DNA of 64,000 nt from Macrostomum lignano (lineage: Eukaryota), in contig NIVC01001401.1 of NCBI GenBank assembly GCA_002269645.1, forward strand, positions 200,761 through 264,760, given 5' to 3'. Every line of letters begins with the position of its first letter. The first letter of the stretch is position 1. Both the position numbers and the translations under genes were made by a program. Under the pieces are notes generated by a model, which saw nothing but the letters and a program-made list of their open reading frames with translations, was not told the DNA's origin and ran no database searches. Shown here in pieces: positions 58,622 to 64,000 of this stretch.

Positions 58622-61600
58622 TTAACGGCGATCGGTTTTGCCAATGCCGCGCTTGCCGCTGAACAGGTGCTTGGGCTTGGCGATGAACACGTGCCTGTCA
58701 GCCTCGCCCTTCCTAGCCAGCTGGTTGTTCTTCCTCTGCGACTGCTTGGCCATGAGGCGCGCCTTGCCGGCCATGGCCGCGTCGCGAACGCCGCTCTCCG
58801 AACGGGGCGGCCTGGACCGCGAGCGGGACCGCGAACGGCGCTCCTCGTCGGCTGCAACGTCGGCGTCACGACGGCGCTGGGCGGAGCGGTCGCGCAGGCG
58901 GCTGCGGGACCGTCCGGCCGACATGTGGGCAGTGGCGTCGGCGTCCACGTCTACGCCGAGCTCCTCCATGCCTTCCTCGACGTCGTCCGTGCTCATCTGC
59001 GTTGAACAATGGGGGAGATACTACTGTTAGTAGCTGCGATATGCTAAAGGTGGTTTATTAATAGGTAGTGTCTTAAATGAGGGCGGTAACAGCAGCTTAC
59101 AGAGACTCAGGATTCTTGGGCGATTCTTAAGAGTGGGAGTCAAGGGCGATTCTCAGGAGGGGGAGTCAAGGGCGATTCTCAGGAGGGGGAGTCAAGGGCG
59201 ATTCTCAGGAGGGGGAGTGAAGGGCGATTCTCAGGAGGGAGAGTGAAGGGCGATTCTCAGGAGAGGGAGTCAAGGGCGATTCTCAGGAGGGGGAGTCAAG
59301 GGCGATTCTCAGGAGGGGAGTGAAGGGCGATTCTCAGGAGAGGAGCGAAGGGCGATTCTCAGGAGGGGGAGTGAAGGGCGATTCTCAGGAGGGAGAGTGA
59401 AGGGCGATTCTCAGGAGGGGAGTCAAGGGCGATTCTCAGGAGGGGAGTGAAGGGCGATTCTCAGGAGAGGAGCGAAGGGGGATTCTCAGGAGGGAGAGTG
59501 AAGGGCGATTCTCAGGAGGGGGAGTCAAGGGCGATTCTCAGGAGGGAGAGTGAAGGGCGATTCTCAGGAGGGAGAGTGAAGGGCGATTCTCAGGAGGGGA
59601 GTGAAGGGCGATTCTCAGGAGAGGAGCGAAGGGCGATTCTCAGGAGGGAGAGTGAAGGGCGATTCTCAGGAGAGGAGCGAAGGGCGATTCTCAGGAGGGG
59701 GAGTGAAGGGCGATTCTCAGGAGAGGAGCGAAGGGCGATTCTCAGGAGGGGAGTGAAGGGCGATTCTCAGGAGAGGAGTGAAGGGCGATTCTCAGGAGGG
59801 AGAGTGAAGGGCGATTCTCAGGAGGGAGAGTGAAGGGCGATTCTCAGGAGGGGAGTGAAAGCCGATTCTCAGGAGGGGAGTGAAGGGCGATTCTCAGGAG
59901 GGGAGTGAAAGCCGATTCTCAGGAGGGGGAGTGAAGGGCGATTCTCAGGAGGGGGAGTGAAGGGCGATTCTCAGGAGAGGAGTGAAGGGCGATTCTCAGG
60001 AGGGAGAGTGAAGGGCGATTCTCAGGAGGGAGAGTGAAGGGCGATTCTCAGGAGGGGAGTGAAAGCCGATTCTCAGGAGGGGAGTGAAGGGCGATTCTCA
60101 GGAGGGGAGTGAAAGCCGATTCTCAGGAGGGGGAGTGAAGGGCGATTCTCAGGAGGGGGAGTGAAGGGCGATTCTCAGGAGAGGAGTGAAGGGCGATTCT
60201 CAGGAGAGGGAGTGAAGGGCGATTCTCAGGAGGGGAGTGAAGGGCGATTCTCAGGAGGGGGAGTCAAGGGCAATTCTCAGGAGAGGGAGTGAAGGGCGAT
60301 TCTCAGGAGGGGGAGTGAAGGGCGATTCTCAGGAGGGGGAGTGAAGGGCGATTCTCAGGAGGGGGAGTGAAGGGCGATTCTCAGGAGGGGGAGTGAAGGG
60401 CGATTCTCAGGAGAGGGAGTGAAGGGCGATTCTCAGGAGAGGAGTGAAGGGCGATTCTTAGGAGGGGAGTGAAGGGCGATTCTTAGGAGGGGATTGAAGG
60501 GCAATTCTCAGACGATTTAGCAACGGAGTGTCTGGAACTATCACAGCCAGAGTATCTCCCCCAGCCGCTAACCTTCTTGCCCGTGCGCGGCATCTTGGCG
60601 CCTTTCACGCCTTTGCGCTCTCGGCTCTCCAACTTGCGCAGCGCCTTCTTCTCGCGGATGAGGCGGGCCGTGTGCCGGATGGCCTGCATCTCGTCGTCCG
60701 ACTCCGGCTGGTCGATATCGTAGTAGCCGGCCCCGGCCCGGGCGTCCTCCTCGCGCTCCAGCTGGCGCAGTCGTTCCAGAATGTCCGGGTCGATGAAGTC
60801 CTGAGCGGAGATTTACGAGTGTTGTTTGAATGTTGCTTGATTAGTTCATTGTAGGAAGGGGTTCAAACTGGGGATCTGGGAGGCTGGCCCAGCAACTGGG
60901 GATCTGGGAGAGCGGTGGCCCAGCAACTGGGGATCTGGGAGGCTGGCCCAGCAACTGAGGATCTGGGAGGCTGGCCCAGCAACTGGGGATCTGGGAGGCT
61001 GGCCCAGCAACTGGGGATCTGGGAGGCTGGCCCAGCAACTGCAGATCCGGAAGAGTGGTAGCCTAGCATTCTTCATAACAGGAGAGCTTTAGTTTTTCAA
61101 ATGCGAGCACCGGAGAAGTCAAAGCGTCTCACCTGGATGTTGTGACCCTCCCAGATCTCCGGGATGGCGTCCTGCTTCCACTCCTCCTTTTCCAGCAGCC
61201 AGTTCTTCTGCAGATCCAGCACATAGTCGTGCCCCATCTCCAGCTCGATTTCACGCTCCAGCTTCCTTGGCTTCTTTTCCACCTCGATGCCCTGCGCGGC
61301 GAGCTGGCGCTTCCGAGTCACGGCCTCCGGGATCATCGGCGGGCGCGGTTTGTCGTCGCGCGGCTTGGGCAGGGCCACGTACAGCCTGTTGGGCAGGCGG
61401 CATGGGGAAAGGGTTTATGCACCTCAATATTACTTGACGCTGTCCACACCCCTAGTATCCTTGAATCTGCCTCTCCGCTTCATCAGTGTCCTTGAATCTG
61501 CCTCTCCGCTTCATCAGTGTCCTTGAATCTGCCTCTCCGCTCCCTCAGTGTCCTTGAATCTGCCTCTCCGCTCCCTCAGTGTCCTTGAATCTGCCTCTTC

Positions 61601-63194
61601 CTTCCCTCAGTGTCCTTGAATCTGCCTCTCCCTTCCCTCAGTGTCCTTGAATCTGCCTCTCCCTTCCCTCAGTGTCCTTGAATCTGCCTCTCCCTTCCCT
61701 CAGTGTCCTTGAATCTGCTTCTCCGCTCCCCCAGTCCTTAAATCCCCGTCTCCTCAGAAACTCGCCTGTTGGCAACCTCGCCAATCTTCTTTCCAGCCAG
61801 CTTGGCCTCCACCCGCTGTTTAAGCAACAGGTCGCAAGCTTCATTCTTCACCCGGATGAGCCCCTCCTCCGTGAGGTTGGACATCTCCATCACTGGGACG
61901 CCCTCGCTCTGTAGGCCGTCAAGCAGAGCCCGGCTCTCTTCGTCCAGTTCGGCAATTTTCAGCACGTCGGCTTTGTTGGCGCAGACAACCAGGGGCTTGT
62001 TGGCGAACAGCGGCCGGATGCTGTTGAACAGGTGCACCTGACAGAAAAGGCAAATGCTGATCTTATTATCCTGATCATTTGGTTTCCTTCAGCATTCAAG
62101 ACTGCCGAAAAGGAGTGTCTCATTGATGGGTGTCATAAGCAGCTCATTGATGGGTGTCATAGACAGCTCATTGATTGGGGTCATAATCAGCTCATTGATC
62201 GGTGTCATAACTAGCTCATTGATCGGTGTCATAACTAGTTCATTGATCGGTGTCATAACTAGCTCATTGATCGGTGTCATAGACAGCTCATTGATGGGTG
62301 TCATAACTAGCTCATTGATCGGTGTCATAACTAGCTCATTGATCGGTGTCATAGACAGCTCATTGATGGGTGTCATAACTAGATCATTGATGGGTGTCAT
62401 AACTAGATCATTGATGGGTGTCATAACTAGATCATTGATGGGTGTCATAACTAGCTCATTGATGGGTGTCATAACTAGATCATTGATGGGTGTCATAACT
62501 AGCTCATTGATGGGTGTCATAACTAGATCATTGATGGGTGTCATAACTAGATCATTGATGGGTGTCATAACTAGCTCATTGATGGGTGTCATAACTAGAT
62601 CATTGATGGGTGTCATAACTAGATCATTGATGGGTGTCATAACTAGATCATTGATGGGTGTCATAGACAGCTCATTGATGGGTGTCATAACTAGCTCATT
62701 GATTGGCGTCATAGACAGCTTATCGATGAGTGTAATAGACAGTTCATTGTTGGGATCAGGAAGCTGCTCACTTTTTTCAGATGCACAAAAATTTCTTATA
62801 AAATGGCATTGAAATAAACACTTCAGACATCAAAGACCAACTGGCGCACCTGCTGAGGCACGGTGTATCCGCACTGGCCAGAAAGGTCCAGAAAGAACAG
62901 TACAGCGGCCCGGAGATGAGCCAGGGCCGTGATGGCCAGCATCTCGATGTTGTTCCGATCCTCCAGCGGGTGGTCCAGAATGCCCGGAGTGTCAATCACC
63001 TGCCAGCGCAGGTACTCGTGATCCATGTGGCCAACGTACAGGCTTCGAGTAGTGAACGGATACGGTTGGACTTCCACATCCGCGCGCGTCATCTTGTTGA
63101 GAAAGCTGGACTTGCCGACGTTGGGAAAGCCACACAGGATTAGCGACCGGCCAGTCGGGTTGATTGACGGCAATCGGGACAGGTGTTGGCGCAC
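58622..63194 (-). CDS. GTPBP4: Nucleolar GTP-binding protein 1 (NOG1/GTPBP4), last five exons; the 5' exons lie beyond the window
   Basis: Exons 63194-62850, 62037-61766, 61385-61133, 60800-60573 and 58996-58622 are phase-compatible. Motifs: GFPNVGKSS (G1), QPYPFTT, IDTPG (G3), ANKAD (G4), DFIDPDI, and C-terminal [18 protein letters not shown]. Confidence 0.95.
59130..60512. repeat. ~26-27-bp intronic minisatellite (GAGTGAAGGGCGATTCTCAGGAGGGG)n
   Basis: Tandem periodicity in the last NOG1 intron. Confidence 0.96.
60868..61050. repeat. 28-bp intronic minisatellite (GAGGATCTGGGAGGCTGGCCCAGCAACT)n
   Basis: About 6 units. Same family as 63273-64000. Confidence 0.92.
61455..61745. repeat. 31-bp intronic minisatellite (CCTTGAATCTGCCTCTCCGCTCCCTCAGTGT)n
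   Basis: About 9 units. Confidence 0.93.
62115..62750. repeat. 24-bp intronic minisatellite (CTCATTGATGGGTGTCATAACTAG)n
   Basis: Same family as 47013-48275. Confidence 0.96.
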
Positions 63195-63272
63195 CTGAGC
63201 GAGGGTAGTTTTAGTGGGAATTACTGGGAAATAACGACATATAGATGGCAGGATCAATGGGTCCAGGCGGAA

Positions 63273-64000
63273 GATCTGGGAGGCTGGCCCATTAACTGAG
63301 AATATGGGAGGTTGGCCCAGCAACTGAGAATATGGGAGGTTGGGCCAGCAACTGAGGATCTGGGAGGCTGGCCCAGCAACTGAGGATCTGGGAGGCTGGC
63401 CCAGCAATTGACACTCTGGGAGGCTGGCCCAGCAACTGAGGATCTGGGAGGCTGGCCCAGCAACTGAGGATCTGGGAGGCTGGCCCAGCAACTGAGGATC
63501 TGGGAGGCTGGCCCAGCAACTGAGGATCTGGGAGGCTGGCCCAGCAACTGAGGATCTGGGAGGCTGGCCCAGCAACTGAGGATCTGGGAAGCTGGCCCAG
63601 CAACTGGGGATCTGGGAGAGCGGTGGCCCAGCAACTGAGGATCTGGGAGGCTGGCCCAGCAACTGGGGATCTGGGAGGCTGGCCCAGCAACTGAGGATCT
63701 GGGAGGCTGGCCCAGCAACTGAGGATCTGGGAGGCTGGCCCAGCAACTGAGGATCTGGGAGGCTGGCCCAGCAACTGAGGATCTGGGAGGCTGGCCCAGC
63801 AACTGAGGATCTGGGAGGCTGGCCCAGCAACTGAGGATCTGGGAGGCTGGAACAGCAACTGAGGATCTGGGAGGCTGGCCCAGCAACTGAGGATTTGGGA
63901 AGCTGGCCCAGCAACTGGGGATCTGGGAGGCTGGCCCAGCAACTGAGGATCTGGGAAGCTGACCCAGCAACTGAGGATCTGGGAGGCTGGCCCAGCAACT
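63273..64000. repeat. 28-bp intronic minisatellite (GAGGATCTGGGAGGCTGGCCCAGCAACT)n, runs off the window end
   Basis: Tandem periodicity. Confidence 0.96.

Overview
Eukaryotic (metazoan) genomic DNA, not prokaryotic. It has GC-rich exons, GT-AG introns, and tRNA, SINE, LINE, LTR and DNA-transposon relics. The style (nearly every intron inflated by its own minisatellite) resembles the flatworm Macrostomum lignano; that is an inference and was not verified. Spliced genes reconstructed by hand: an MS4A/CD20-like 4-TM gene (-, 2921-8551), lebercilin LCA5 (-, 16936-28246, with an intronic tRNA-Arg-ACG), a SOCS7-like gene (+, 31453-39252), CDK5RAP1/MiaB-like (+, ~45270-50010) and the 3' part of NOG1/GTPBP4 (-, 58622 to beyond the window end). 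Two apparently intronless ORFs encode an EF-hand-like protein and a secreted PAN/LamG-like protein. Mobile DNA includes a Ty3/gypsy element and an R1/LOA-like LINE (each inside a satellite), RTE and P-element remnants, hAT MITEs and a tRNA/CORE-like SINE. About 30 tandem arrays account for most long ORFs in the track, which are spurious. The most unusual observations are: (i) a hAT MITE carrying a 28S rRNA fragment from the R2/I-PpoI target site, with a second degenerate copy 22 kb away; (ii) intronic minisatellites whose units are themselves splice signals or splicing-factor motifs (amplified in-frame 3' splice sites, CAG|GT units, about 49 UGCAUG copies). No CRISPR array is present.
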